From: an uncultured Candidatus Saccharibacteria bacterium
GTDB lineage: Bacteria > Patescibacteriota > JABMPQ01 > JAQVVF01
Direction: 5' to 3'
Length of the DNA stretch: 64,000 nucleotides
Assembly (NCBI GenBank): GCA_964574655.1
Contig: CAZNOH010000004.1
Span: 66,046 to 130,045, forward strand
Under the pieces are notes generated by a model, which worked only from the letters and a program-made list of their open reading frames with translations, made no database searches and was not told the DNA's origin. This document shows positions 9,281 to 19,508 of this stretch, piece after piece (the stretch's first letter is position 1; each line of letters begins with the position of its first letter). The position numbers were made by a program, and so were the translations under genes.

Positions 9281-12200
9281 ATGAGCTTTGTTCATCTCCA
9301 TACTCACAGCCACTATTCTCTGCTTGATGGCTTGCCAAAAATTGACGAGCTGGTTTTGCATGCAAAAGAATTAGGAATGGAAGCACTGGCGCTGACTGAT
9401 CATGGCGTGATGTATGGAATTGTTGAATTTTACCAAGCTTGTAAAAAAGCTGGCATTAAACCAATACTTGGCGTGGAAACATATGTTGCGCCGAATAGAA
9501 TGAGCGATAAAAGAGCACATATTGATATACGGCCATATCACTTAATTTTATTGGCGAAAAATCATGAGGGCTATCAGAATTTGTTAAAACTGATCTCAAA
9601 AGCACATGTTGAGGGCTTTTACTATAAACCAAGAATTGACTTTGAATTATTAAAAAATAACTGCAAAGGATTAATTTGTTTGTCTGCTTGCATTGAAGGA
9701 CAAATAGCTAGAGAAACTTTGACCAATATTGATAAAGCAAGAGAAACAGTTTTAAAATACCAAGAAATTTTTGGAAAAGAAAATTATTATTTAGAACTTC
9801 AACATCATCCAACCATAAAAAGACAAGGCAAAGCAAATGAAAAATTAATCTTGCTTGCAAAAGAAACCGGCGCTCCTCTGGTTGCAACCAATGATATTCA
9901 TTATTTGAAAAAAGAAGATGACAGGATTCAAGATATTTTGCTGTGCATACAATTGCAAAAGAAAGTTGATGATAAAAAAAGAATGTCAATGATGGGTGAA
10001 GATTTTTCCATGAAGCCGACAGAAGAGATGGAAAGATCTTTTATCAATACTCCAGACGCAATTTCAAATACTTTAAAAATTGCCGAACAATGCAATGTCG
10101 AAATTGAGCTAGGCAAAACTAAGCTCCCCATTTTTATCGTGCCTAAGGAATTGACTCCAATAGATTATTTAAAAAAGTTGTGCGAAGAAGGTTTGCAAAA
10201 TAGATTTGAAAAAAGCAGAGAGAGCTTAGATAAAATTATTATAGAAAGATTAGATTATGAATTATCAGTAATTGAAAAAACCGGTTTTGCCTCATATCTC
10301 TTGATTGTTTCTGATTTTGTTAATTGGGCAAAAGAAAGCGGAATAATTGTCGGCCCAGGCCGTGGCTCTGCTGCTGGCTCGCTAATCGCCTATTTATTGA
10401 AAATAACTGATATTGATCCGATTAAATATGATTTATTGTTTGAAAGATTCTTGAATCCAGAAAGAATAAGCATGCCTGATATTGATATGGATTTTGCAGA
10501 TACAAGGCGCGATGAAGTTTTGCAATACGTTAAAGGTAAATATGGCGCTGATCATGTTGCCCAAATCATAACTTTTGGAAAAATGGCGGCAAGAGCAGCT
10601 GTGCGCGATTGCGGACGCGTTTTAAGCTATCCTTATGAATATTGCGACAAATCAGCAAAAATGATTCCAATGGGGTCCACTATTTCTGAGGCTTTAAAAA
10701 TAAATCCCGAACTAACCTCTTTTTACAATAGCGATCCTCAAGCAAAGGTATTGTTCGATTCTGCCAAAAAATTGGAAGGCGTTGCTAGACATTCATCAAC
10801 GCATGCTTGCGGTGTTGTGATCACAAAAGATCCGCTTGATACTTATACTCCTTATCAATTTTCAACTCGCGGTGACGAAGAAATTACTACTCAATACGAA
10901 ATGCACGCCATTGAAGACCTAGGTCTTTTAAAAATGGACTTTTTAGGTCTGGCTAACCTTACAACTATTGAAAAAGCTTTAGAAATTATTGAAGCAGTCC
11001 ACAAAATAAAGGTTGACATTGGCAAGGTTGAAATGGACGATAAAATAACTTTTGATCTTTTGCAAAAAGCGCAAACTGTTGGAGTATTTCAGCTTGAATC
11101 TGCTGGCATGCGCAGATATTTAAAATTATTAAAACCAACAAATTTTGAAGACTTAATTGCGATGGTTGCATTGTATCGTCCAGGACCAATGGAATGGATT
11201 CCTTCCTATATTGATGGCAAACATGGGCGGAAGAAAGTCAAATATGTTCATCCGAAGTTAGAGCCAATATTGAAAAAAACTTTTGGTATTGCTGTTTATC
11301 AAGAACAAGTTTTGCAAATTGCGAGAGACTTGGCGGGCTTTACTTTAGGCGAGGCTGATGTTTTAAGAAAGGCTGTTGGCAAGAAGATCAAGGAATTGCT
11401 GGAAGAACAAAAAGATAAATTTATTAAAGGATGCGTAGCAAATGGTATAGCAGAAGAAGTTGCAAGAAAAGTTTTTGCTTTTATTGAACCTTTTGCTGGC
11501 TATGGATTTAACAGATCGCATGCTGCATGCTATGCGTTGATTGGCTACAGAACTGCTTATCTAAAATCTCATTATCCAGTGGAATTTATGGCTTCTTTAC
11601 TTACTTCTGATCAGGAAAATATGGATAGAATTGCGATAGAAATAACAGAATGCGAAGAAATGGGTATTGAAGTTTTGCAACCAGATATTAATGAAAGCTT
11701 TCCAAATTTTGGCGTGGTCAAAGAGCGTGGAAAATGCATTAGATTTGCTTTTAATGCTATAAAAAATGTCGGCTCAACAATCGCTGATGCAATTTACAAA
11801 GAAAGAAAAAAATCTGGCAAGTTTAAAGATTTTTTTGATTTTGTTAGACGTGTTAGACATAAGGATTTGAATAAAAAATCAATTGAAAGCTTGGCAAAAT
11901 CTGGAGCTCTGGATTCTCTGATTGAAAGAAATCAAGTGTTGAATAGTATTGATAAGATTCTAAATTTTTCTAAATCCATACAAAAAGAATTAGACTCTGG
12001 TCAGACTGATTTGTTTGGCAATAAAAAAGATAACGTTTCAACAATAAATTTTAAACTTGATCAAGCAGAGCCTGCCACTAAAAGAGAGCGCTTAGCTTGG
12101 GAAAAAGAATTATTGGGCCTCTATGTTTCCGAACATCCTGTTGATGAGTACAAGGATTATTTAAGTGCTGTTGCAATCCCAATTAGCCAACTAAATATAA

Positions 12201-12733
12201 GCATGAATGAACAGAAAATTAAGGTTGGCGGGGTTATTTCAAAAACTAAAAAAATATTTACAAAAAAGAACGAGCCAATGCTTTTTGTTGAAATTGAAGA
12301 TACAACTGCAAGTGTTGAAGTTGTTGTTTTTCCGTCTGTTTTAAAAAATAATCCTCTTATTTGGCAAGAAGATAAGGTCGTCTTGATTGACGGAAAAGTT
12401 AATGACCGCGATGGCGAGGTTAAAATTTTGGCTGATAAAATAAAAGTAATTTCTGATAAAGATTTAGAAGTAGCAAAAGAAGACATTCCAAAAGCAATTG
12501 AAATTAATTTCCCAATTACTGCAAGCTCAAGAATTATCGAGGATTTAAAACCGATTATATTAAATAATCTTGGCTCTACTTCTGTTTTTCTCAATATTCC
12601 GCATCATGACGGCAGTACTAAAAAAATTAAAGCGAAGTCTTCTATTTTGTATGACCCAAAGATTATTAGCCAACTTGAAATGATTGTTGGCGCTGGCAAC
12701 ATTAGCATTGTTAAAACAGAAATTAATGATTAG
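9281..12733 (+). CDS. dnaE: DNA polymerase III alpha subunit
   Basis: PHP domain (FVHLHTHSHYSLLDG), GRGSAAGS, MPDIDMDF, C-terminal OB fold. Confidence 0.98.
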   Translation: MSFVHLHTHSHYSLLDGLPKIDELVLHAKELGMEALALTDHGVMYGIVEFYQACKKAGIKPILGVETYVAPNRMSDKRAHIDIRPYHLILLAKNHEGYQNLLKLISKAHVEGFYYKPRIDFELLKNNCKGLICLSACIEGQIARETLTNIDKARETVLKYQEIFGKENYYLELQHHPTIKRQGKANEKLILLAKETGAPLVATNDIHYLKKEDDRIQDILLCIQLQKKVDDKKRMSMMGEDFSMKPTEEMERSFINTPDAISNTLKIAEQCNVEIELGKTKLPIFIVPKELTPIDYLKKLCEEGLQNRFEKSRESLDKIIIERLDYELSVIEKTGFASYLLIVSDFVNWAKESGIIVGPGRGSAAGSLIAYLLKITDIDPIKYDLLFERFLNPERISMPDIDMDFADTRRDEVLQYVKGKYGADHVAQIITFGKMAARAAVRDCGRVLSYPYEYCDKSAKMIPMGSTISEALKINPELTSFYNSDPQAKVLFDSAKKLEGVARHSSTHACGVVITKDPLDTYTPYQFSTRGDEEITTQYEMHAIEDLGLLKMDFLGLANLTTIEKALEIIEAVHKIKVDIGKVEMDDKITFDLLQKAQTVGVFQLESAGMRRYLKLLKPTNFEDLIAMVALYRPGPMEWIPSYIDGKHGRKKVKYVHPKLEPILKKTFGIAVYQEQVLQIARDLAGFTLGEADVLRKAVGKKIKELLEEQKDKFIKGCVANGIAEEVARKVFAFIEPFAGYGFNRSHAACYALIGYRTAYLKSHYPVEFMASLLTSDQENMDRIAIEITECEEMGIEVLQPDINESFPNFGVVKERGKCIRFAFNAIKNVGSTIADAIYKERKKSGKFKDFFDFVRRVRHKDLNKKSIESLAKSGALDSLIERNQVLNSIDKILNFSKSIQKELDSGQTDLFGNKKDNVSTINFKLDQAEPATKRERLAWEKELLGLYVSEHPVDEYKDYLSAVAIPISQLNISMNEQKIKVGGVISKTKKIFTKKNEPMLFVEIEDTTASVEVVVFPSVLKNNPLIWQEDKVVLIDGKVNDRDGEVKILADKIKVISDKDLEVAKEDIPKAIEINFPITASSRIIEDLKPIILNNLGSTSVFLNIPHHDGSTKKIKAKSSILYDPKIISQLEMIVGAGNISIVKTEIND

Positions 12734-13205
12734 AGATAATGATTGGTTAAAAAATAGGCTTTTATTTTTTTTACAAAATAATTTTTCTGACGTGCCTGTT
12801 AATAATAATATACAGATTTGTTTTGGAAGATTTGCAAAGGCCCGTCTTGGATCAATCAAATTAAACCCCAAAAATAATCAGACTGTTATAACTTTGACTT
12901 CATATTTTAAAGATGAAAAAATTCCTCAGTACGTTGTTGATGGCACGATAATTCATGAACTTGTCCATTATGCTCATGGCTTTTCCTCCCCTTTAGCTCA
13001 GTCTTTTCGACATCCTCATCAAGGAGGAGTCATAAGACAAGAAATGACAAAGCGTGGTTTAGATAATTATTTTATAAAATCGAAAATTTGGCTAAAGCAA
13101 AATTGGCCAAGCATTGTTGGAACAAAAACAAGAGCTAGAAGAAGACGAATCATTAGAAGAAGGCGCGTAAATATATTTAGTTTATTAAGATTTTTTGATT
13201 TTTAA
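12726..13205 (+). CDS. SprT-like HExxH metallopeptidase-domain protein
   Basis: 'RLGSI', 'IIHELVHY', 'HPH.G'; ATG overlaps the dnaE end. Confidence 0.65.
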   Translation: MIRDNDWLKNRLLFFLQNNFSDVPVNNNIQICFGRFAKARLGSIKLNPKNNQTVITLTSYFKDEKIPQYVVDGTIIHELVHYAHGFSSPLAQSFRHPHQGGVIRQEMTKRGLDNYFIKSKIWLKQNWPSIVGTKTRARRRRIIRRRRVNIFSLLRFFDF

Positions 13206-13209
13206 ACAC

Positions 13210-14343
13210 ATGAATTTAGGCAAAGTTGGACCATCCCGTTCGCCATATAAAATAATTTTTGTTTTTGGGATTATCAGTTTTCTAGTGCTTGTTTTTGTTT
13301 TTTATACTTCTTTTTCTAAAGCGAAAATAACTTTGAATTTGCGAAAAGAAAAAATTGATACTACTTTTGAGATTGCTGTTGGCAAAGATAAAATTAACGC
13401 TACATCTGTTAGCGGTAGGTTTGTTGAAAAAGAAGTTGCAGGTTCTGATGAAATAACTGATATTAAAGAAAAAAAAGTAGATGATTTTGCTTCTGGCAAA
13501 GTTACAGTTTTTAACAAACAAAATAAAGCATTAACATTAGTTGCGTCTTCACAATTAAAACCTGAGAATTCGGAAATAATCTTTAAAACAACTGGGCCTT
13601 TAATTTTAAAACCAAAAGGCAAAGTTGAAATGAAAATTGTCGCCGGACAAAAAGGCGTTGCTGGTAATTTAACGCCTACAAAATTTACTTTTGTAAAACT
13701 TTGGCCAGGATGGAAAGATTTAGTCTATGCTGAAAATAAGGAGGAATTTACTGGAGGCGAAAAAACTGGCAGAATTGTTTCTGAAGAAGATATAAATAAT
13801 TTAAGAACAAAAATAGTTGATGATTTGTTTGCTAAATTTTTTGTTGATATAAAAAATGAGGAAAAAGACAATGAAGAACTCTGGGATCAATTATTCAAGA
13901 AAGAAATTTCTGGCTTTAAGACGTCAGCTGATGCAAGTGAAGAAGCAGATAAATTAAAGGCTGATTTAAAATTAAAGATTACAGGAGTTTTGTTAAATAG
14001 AGAGATGCTAGAAAATCTAGCAATCGCAAAGTTAAAAGGACAAATTATTGGCGAAAAAGAATTTGCAAAGCTTGATGATGATAATTTTAAAGCTGAAATA
14101 ATTGAAATGAATCCGCAAAAGAACCAAGCAATTTTCAAAATATCTTGCTCGGCTTTTTTAAAACCAATATTAGCTAAAGAAGCATTGGATAAAGAAAAAA
14201 TTACAGGATTAAATTATGATGAAATAAAAACTTATTATAAAAAATATCAAGAAGATATAGAGAGTGTTGATGTTTTTTTCTCGCCTTTCTGGCAGAAAAC
14301 AGTGCCAGGTGGAAATGGAAATGTGGAAATAGTTGAGGAATAA
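13210..14343 (+). CDS. Membrane-anchored hypothetical protein (baseplate-J-like domain as seen in CPR genomes)
   Basis: N-terminal TM; 'ASGKVTVFN', 'F.T', 'A...G..GN', 'FTGG' motifs. Confidence 0.5.
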   Translation: MNLGKVGPSRSPYKIIFVFGIISFLVLVFVFYTSFSKAKITLNLRKEKIDTTFEIAVGKDKINATSVSGRFVEKEVAGSDEITDIKEKKVDDFASGKVTVFNKQNKALTLVASSQLKPENSEIIFKTTGPLILKPKGKVEMKIVAGQKGVAGNLTPTKFTFVKLWPGWKDLVYAENKEEFTGGEKTGRIVSEEDINNLRTKIVDDLFAKFFVDIKNEEKDNEELWDQLFKKEISGFKTSADASEEADKLKADLKLKITGVLLNREMLENLAIAKLKGQIIGEKEFAKLDDDNFKAEIIEMNPQKNQAIFKISCSAFLKPILAKEALDKEKITGLNYDEIKTYYKKYQEDIESVDVFFSPFWQKTVPGGNGNVEIVEE

Positions 14344-14365
14344 TATCGAACCAAGAGATCAACCA

Positions 14366-14400
14366 AGAGGTCCGACCTCCAGCTAGGAGGTCGGACCTCT
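14366..14400. repeat. REP-like perfect palindrome
   Basis: agaggtccgacctcc-agcta-ggaggtcggacctct (15-bp arms). Confidence 0.85.
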
Positions 14401-14450
14401 ATGAAAACAAAAAAACCTAAAATTTTATTTTTAGGTTTTTATATTTTTAA

Positions 14451-16367
14451 TTATTGTCTTGGTTTCAGCTTTCTAGCATGTCGTTCAAGAATCTGTTGTA
14501 TAGCTTCTGGAAATTCGTTAAGTGATCTTGGAACAATACTCTGCGGACCAAAGTGGTATTTAACCATTTCTGGAATACCTTGCTCTGAAGTAATGGCTGT
14601 TCCTTCCATTGGACCAAATTGTCTTGCTTGTTCAACTGCATCTTTTGTATCTGCACTTTGGGTCGTACTATCAGTTATGTCAATAATCAAAGATCCAACT
14701 CGATCTGCTTCGGCACGCAAAGTTTGAATTCTTTTGCGCAATCTTGGCACCGCTGCCATAATAGCTTCAGCATCTTTGTTTTCTCCGCCAAAAGCTTCAA
14801 GCATTTGCACAATCCTTGATTTTGTTTTGCCATCGAATGATTCCTTAAATCCTTTGATTTGATATCTTAAATCAGTCGTAACATTGCCCTGATCATTGGC
14901 AAGAATTTCAACTGTAATATTATTCTCTTTTGCAGCTTCACAAATTGCAATACAGGCTTTGACGGCATTTTGAATTCTTTGTCTATCCTGATACATAGAA
15001 CCGCTGACATCAATCAATAGTTGCAAAGCTAAAGCTGTTTCTTCAGGATGTTCTCTTTTGCCCATTGGTTTTTCATGTCCTGATCCGGCTCGCATGATTC
15101 TTCTTCGTTCAGAATATCGTCCGCCTTTCCTACCCCATTCAAGTCCTGGATCTGTAACTTTTGGCACAAATCTTTTGAATGCCCTTTTTAATTGATCGGT
15201 GATTGGTCGAACTTCAGCGCTTAAGGCATTATATTTTTCACGCATTTCTGGAGTATCAAATTGATCGCGAGTTTTTAGAAGCTCATACTTTTCCCCTGCT
15301 AGTATCGCTGCATTTTCTGCATTTTTTTCGGCATCAGTCTTAGCTTGATCAGCTTTTTGTTCTAGTCTTTGTTGATGTACTTTTTTAAATTTATCAATAA
15401 TCCTCTTTAATTCTGGCGGCCACTTGTCAGTATTATTTGGATCTAATGGCTCTCCAGGCTCGCCTGGTTGTCCCCCCTTGCCTTTGCCCTTACCCTTTCC
15501 TGGTTTGCCTTCTTCTTTTTTTGGTGGGAATTGATCAATCAATCTTTTTTGGGCTGGCCAAATCGTATCTACAAATAATTTTTCTACTTGAGGCATTACT
15601 TTTAAAGCTGGATTGGTTGCATCTCCGGTAATTCTTCTTAAAGTTGGTTCAACTGCTTTAAATTCTTTGGCAACTTCTGGGTGCAATTTGTCTATTGACC
15701 AAGGCTTTGGAGTGTCCTTTAAATCATTAGCATAAACATTCCATAATGCTTCTAGTTTTAGAATAAATTTGAATTGCTCAGCAGGTTGCATCTCGCCAAG
15801 GCCTTTGGCAATGCTTGGAATAATTAATAATCTATTTTTTGCAAACATTTGTTCTCTTTCATTTGCATGCATTGGACCGCCGACTAGCCTTTCCATTCTT
15901 GGATCTTCGACGCAATTAACTAGGCTCATGATTGCACCTTCATCATATCCTTGCTTGCGAGCTAGTGTTCTTAATCTCTCAAACATTGCAAATTGAGAAA
16001 ATTCAGCGTGTCATCGTTCATGCAAAATTTCTCCGCGCAAAAAACTTCTTGGAGCTTGACCTGCAGCATAAACAAAAGGAACACCAATTAAATATGTTTT
16101 TCTGGCTGGATCATCAACTACTTCACCTTTTTGAGTAACTCTTTTTGCTGGCACTTCAGCGCAACAAAAAGTATCTAAGTCAGGATCAGTATAGATTTCG
16201 ACATTTCGATCTGTAGTTGTTGCATAACGTTCCATTTCCAGCAATAAAGCTTCAGTTTGCTCTGGCCTTGCTGTCTCTGCGCGCGTTTCCATTTCTTGTC
16301 TAAAAGCATCTGGATCGCCCAGCTCTTGGAATTGAGGTCTTCTTTCAAATGAATCTAAATATGGCAT
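14451..16367 (-). pseudogene. HExxH-metallopeptidase-like plus vWA domain protein (MoxR partner) interrupted by one in-frame TGA at 16011-16013; pseudogene, sequencing error or readthrough
   Basis: ORFs 16011-16367 and 14451-15986 are in frame: ...GEILHER*HAEFSQFAMFER...; 'VEDPRME' motif; MIDAS 'LLIDVSGSM', 'ITDS'; 638 aa if read through. Confidence 0.85.
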
Positions 16368-16381
16368 AAAATTAATAATAC

Positions 16382-16410
16382 GTAGGGGGCACAAAATCTT
16401 GTGCCCCTAC
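16382..16410. repeat. GTAG-type REP palindrome
   Basis: gtagggggcacaa-aatc-ttgtgcccctac. Confidence 0.8.
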
Positions 16411-16423
16411 AAAATTTAATTAT

Positions 16424-18304
16424 CTACGCTGTCTCGCCAAGCGTCTTGTCAATCAATTCTTCTAAAGCTTTTAAGGTCACGTCTAAACCTTCAATTGGAT
16501 TTTTTCTAAAATCATCCATAACTTCCAAATATGCTTTGCGAACATCGCCAGTATTTTTGTAAGCTTGAGTAACGGCAATTGTATCGCGCATACTGACACC
16601 AATAATATCCATACCGCCAGCTCTTCTTTCATAATATTTTCTCCAAGCATCGGCGATTCTTTCGATATCGCGAAGATCTGTAAGGATTTTTGTAGAATGC
16701 TCTTTTACATTATCGCTAACTAAATTTTTGAGGTTTTTATTTTTTTCTAAATCTGCTATTTTTCCTCCTTGAGTTGTTTCATTAATTATGACATCCCAAA
16801 GCAATTCAAATTCAGTGTCAGAGAGATCAGAAAATTCATTGAATTGTCCGCGCAAAACTGATACTTCGTCGCATACATAATCACGCAAAGAATTATCTTC
16901 TGCTTCTTTTTGAGCTAAGACGGCATCTGACCATTTTTCTTTATGTTTTTCAAATTCTCCCTTTCTCAATGCTGGATATTCCATGACAACTGCTTGACCT
17001 CTTGTTCTGGAAAGCAAGGCTTGGCCGATATCTCCGGCTGAGCCATAAGTTGCAGGATTGCCGGCAATGATAATGACAACTCCTTCAGCAACTGGAATAT
17101 GAACTCCATCATAATTCAAGCTTCTATTTTCATCACCAAGTCCATGAAGCATTGCTTGGACTTCTGGCTTTAAGGCATTGACTTCATCAATAAAAACAAT
17201 AGCGCCTGGAGTTTGAACGCCTTCGGCAAGATCAGTTAAGAATTTTTTTGTGCCTTCTTTTGAATCAAATTCATAATGAACAACAAGCTCAATTGATTCC
17301 ATGCCTCGAGCGCAAGGAAACCAAAAATAAGGACGATTGGTATTTCCAGCAATATGGCCTGCTGCTTCGTTTTTTCCTGTTCCAGCCTCGCCAATAATTA
17401 ATGTCAGACCTTTATTGCTTTTTAGTTGAGTATCTAAAGCTTTTACTATTTTTTCTAGTCCTAATATAAAAGTTGGAAATTCTTTAATGCTTTTTTTTAT
17501 TTTTGGCACTCTTTCTTTAGCATCGCCTCTTGTACTATTCAATACTACTAGCTGGCTTAACATTTCAGCAATCTGTTGAGTTAATTCTTCTTGATTAATT
17601 GAATCGCGCTTGAAACCTCTAGTTCTTTCAGAGACAGTTTCTATAGCATTTTCAACTTTATCAGCCAAAATATGAGGCGTTTCACCTTTGCCGCGTCTAA
17701 ATTTATTTTCCTCGCGTAAAATTGCTAAAATTTGTTTTCTGGCATCTTTGTCTCCTTGGGCAGAAAGTACTGACAATTTTTCGTAGTCATCAAAAATTTG
17801 TTTAGCAACTTTCCATTCATTTAAGGTAAGTGTATTTTCGACTGGCTCTAATGTTCTTCCTTGCTCTTCAACAGTTTTGCCAGGTTTGTATTCTCTATTG
17901 CGTCTTTTGTATGTAACAGCAACTTCGCTGCCATTTTGTGTTGCTTTGACTTGCCATCTTGGATTATCATGCGCGCCTGTCCAAATCAAATCTTCATGGC
18001 CTCTCAACCATTCTGGGATATTGGCTGGTGCTTCTTCTTTTCTTTCTGCTTGTTCGCCTCTGATTATTGGCGGTTCGTACTGTTCAAGCGGTGCCATTAA
18101 TTGATCAAAAACTTGAGCGAGAGATTTTCCTGAGACATCAATCTCGCCAATTTTTGTACCTTGTGGCATCATTAGTTGCATGCCTAATTCTTCGCCTAAA
18201 TCTGTACAATATTTTGTTTTTAAGCGACTTAATTCTTGTCTTAATTCGTCTGGAGTTAATTCTCTTTTAGGATCTTTTTCTAATGGTGCTTTTTCTACTG
18301 CCAT
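16424..18304 (-). CDS. MoxR-type AAA+ ATPase (AAA_5, CbbQ/NorQ-like) with ~290-aa N-terminal extension
   Basis: Walker A GEAGTGKN, Walker B VFIDEVN, sensor IIIAGNP, ALLSR arginine finger. Confidence 0.9.
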   Translation of the reverse strand: MAVEKAPLEKDPKRELTPDELRQELSRLKTKYCTDLGEELGMQLMMPQGTKIGEIDVSGKSLAQVFDQLMAPLEQYEPPIIRGEQAERKEEAPANIPEWLRGHEDLIWTGAHDNPRWQVKATQNGSEVAVTYKRRNREYKPGKTVEEQGRTLEPVENTLTLNEWKVAKQIFDDYEKLSVLSAQGDKDARKQILAILREENKFRRGKGETPHILADKVENAIETVSERTRGFKRDSINQEELTQQIAEMLSQLVVLNSTRGDAKERVPKIKKSIKEFPTFILGLEKIVKALDTQLKSNKGLTLIIGEAGTGKNEAAGHIAGNTNRPYFWFPCARGMESIELVVHYEFDSKEGTKKFLTDLAEGVQTPGAIVFIDEVNALKPEVQAMLHGLGDENRSLNYDGVHIPVAEGVVIIIAGNPATYGSAGDIGQALLSRTRGQAVVMEYPALRKGEFEKHKEKWSDAVLAQKEAEDNSLRDYVCDEVSVLRGQFNEFSDLSDTEFELLWDVIINETTQGGKIADLEKNKNLKNLVSDNVKEHSTKILTDLRDIERIADAWRKYYERRAGGMDIIGVSMRDTIAVTQAYKNTGDVRKAYLEVMDDFRKNPIEGLDVTLKALEELIDKTLGETA

Positions 18305-18346
18305 AGTTTTAAAAAATTATTTTATATGAATTATTATATCATTTTT

Positions 18347-19501
18347 CTATCTTTCATGCTTGCCAAACCGATCATCAAACACAAGATTCCTTGAATTTTG
18401 GATAATATCAAGCTGTTCTTTTGTTAAATCTTCTTGTTTCAAGCCTGTAAGATAAACTTTTTTTGGACGATTGGTAAAATATTGCAAAGCTTGGACAGAA
18501 ATTCTTTCAAGATTAATAAAACTTAATCCTGCGTTACTTTCACTTAAAGCTTCAGCAACTTTGTCATCAATTTTTTTGAAACTATCAAAAGATAGTTGAC
18601 CAGAATATTCTTTGAAACCTTTTGCTGCTTCAACGCTTATTGACTGCATTACTGTGAAATCCAAACCATTCTTGCAACCAGCAAATTGAGCAGCAGCTTC
18701 TCTAGAAATTTTTGTCAATGCATGAAAATTAAGAAATTTTCCAAGGATTGAATTAACTTTGATGAATCTAGCTAATTCTCGAGTAATATCTTCTGGCAAA
18801 TCCGTCAGACCAATCTTTAACGCCATCCCATTAAAATCACCTAGCTCTTTTGCAGTTTCTTGATCAATTTTTGTTAAATCTGGCAGACTAATTATTCCGC
18901 CAAAATCGACAAAAGCATGGGCCTGCTCTTTTGATAAAGATGTAAGACCAAGACCAATCTCAACTCTATTTTTTCCTTCAATCAAAGCTCTGATGGTATT
19001 TACTGGCATTTTTTTTATTCCTCGAAAATATAAAGGTCCTTGATGTTTTACTAATTCTTTTGCAGAAGCTTCTGAAAGACTGTTTAGGCTATCAAGATTT
19101 AAATTGCCATGATGATTCGGAATCATTCTTTTGATCATTCTTTTTGCGATTTGATTGGGAAGAAATGTTAATCTCCGGATATCTCTATCATCAAAATTCC
19201 TACCAGTAGAAATCTTTTCATAAATTTCAAAATTTGTTTTTCGGGCTGGAATATCTTTTACTTCCTGAACGGTCATTTCTTCACCATAAAAATTTACTCT
19301 AACCTGCGATAAAGCTTGGTCTAATTTATCAACTGCTTCTTGATGAATAGGCGCGTCTGCTTGGATTGCTTCGGATATTTCATCAACTTGATCGATCGCT
19401 TGATTCAGAGCATCCGTTTTGGAAATTTCAAGAGAACCACTAGAATATTTTCCTGGCTCTGTTGCATCAAAAGTTTTTTCGGATAATTGTTCCTTGCTCA
19501 T
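18347..19501 (-). CDS. Conserved N-terminal domain + LRR-like repeat protein (paralog 5)
   Basis: Shared N-terminal domain; ~22-aa repeats LxLxxLxxIS.E.A..L. Confidence 0.8.
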   Translation of the reverse strand: MSKEQLSEKTFDATEPGKYSSGSLEISKTDALNQAIDQVDEISEAIQADAPIHQEAVDKLDQALSQVRVNFYGEEMTVQEVKDIPARKTNFEIYEKISTGRNFDDRDIRRLTFLPNQIAKRMIKRMIPNHHGNLNLDSLNSLSEASAKELVKHQGPLYFRGIKKMPVNTIRALIEGKNRVEIGLGLTSLSKEQAHAFVDFGGIISLPDLTKIDQETAKELGDFNGMALKIGLTDLPEDITRELARFIKVNSILGKFLNFHALTKISREAAAQFAGCKNGLDFTVMQSISVEAAKGFKEYSGQLSFDSFKKIDDKVAEALSESNAGLSFINLERISVQALQYFTNRPKKVYLTGLKQEDLTKEQLDIIQNSRNLVFDDRFGKHER

Positions 19502-19508
19502 ATTTTTG

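Noticed and set aside
13210-14343. Prophage or contractile injection system suggested by the baseplate-J-like protein
   Set aside because: No other phage structural, terminase or integrase genes; the protein has a TM anchor and sits in the dnaE operon.
16011-16013. Genome-wide TGA=Gly recoding (code 25)
   Set aside because: Long core genes show no internal TGA, and several intact genes end in TGA (21-878, 34102, 49901, 54548).
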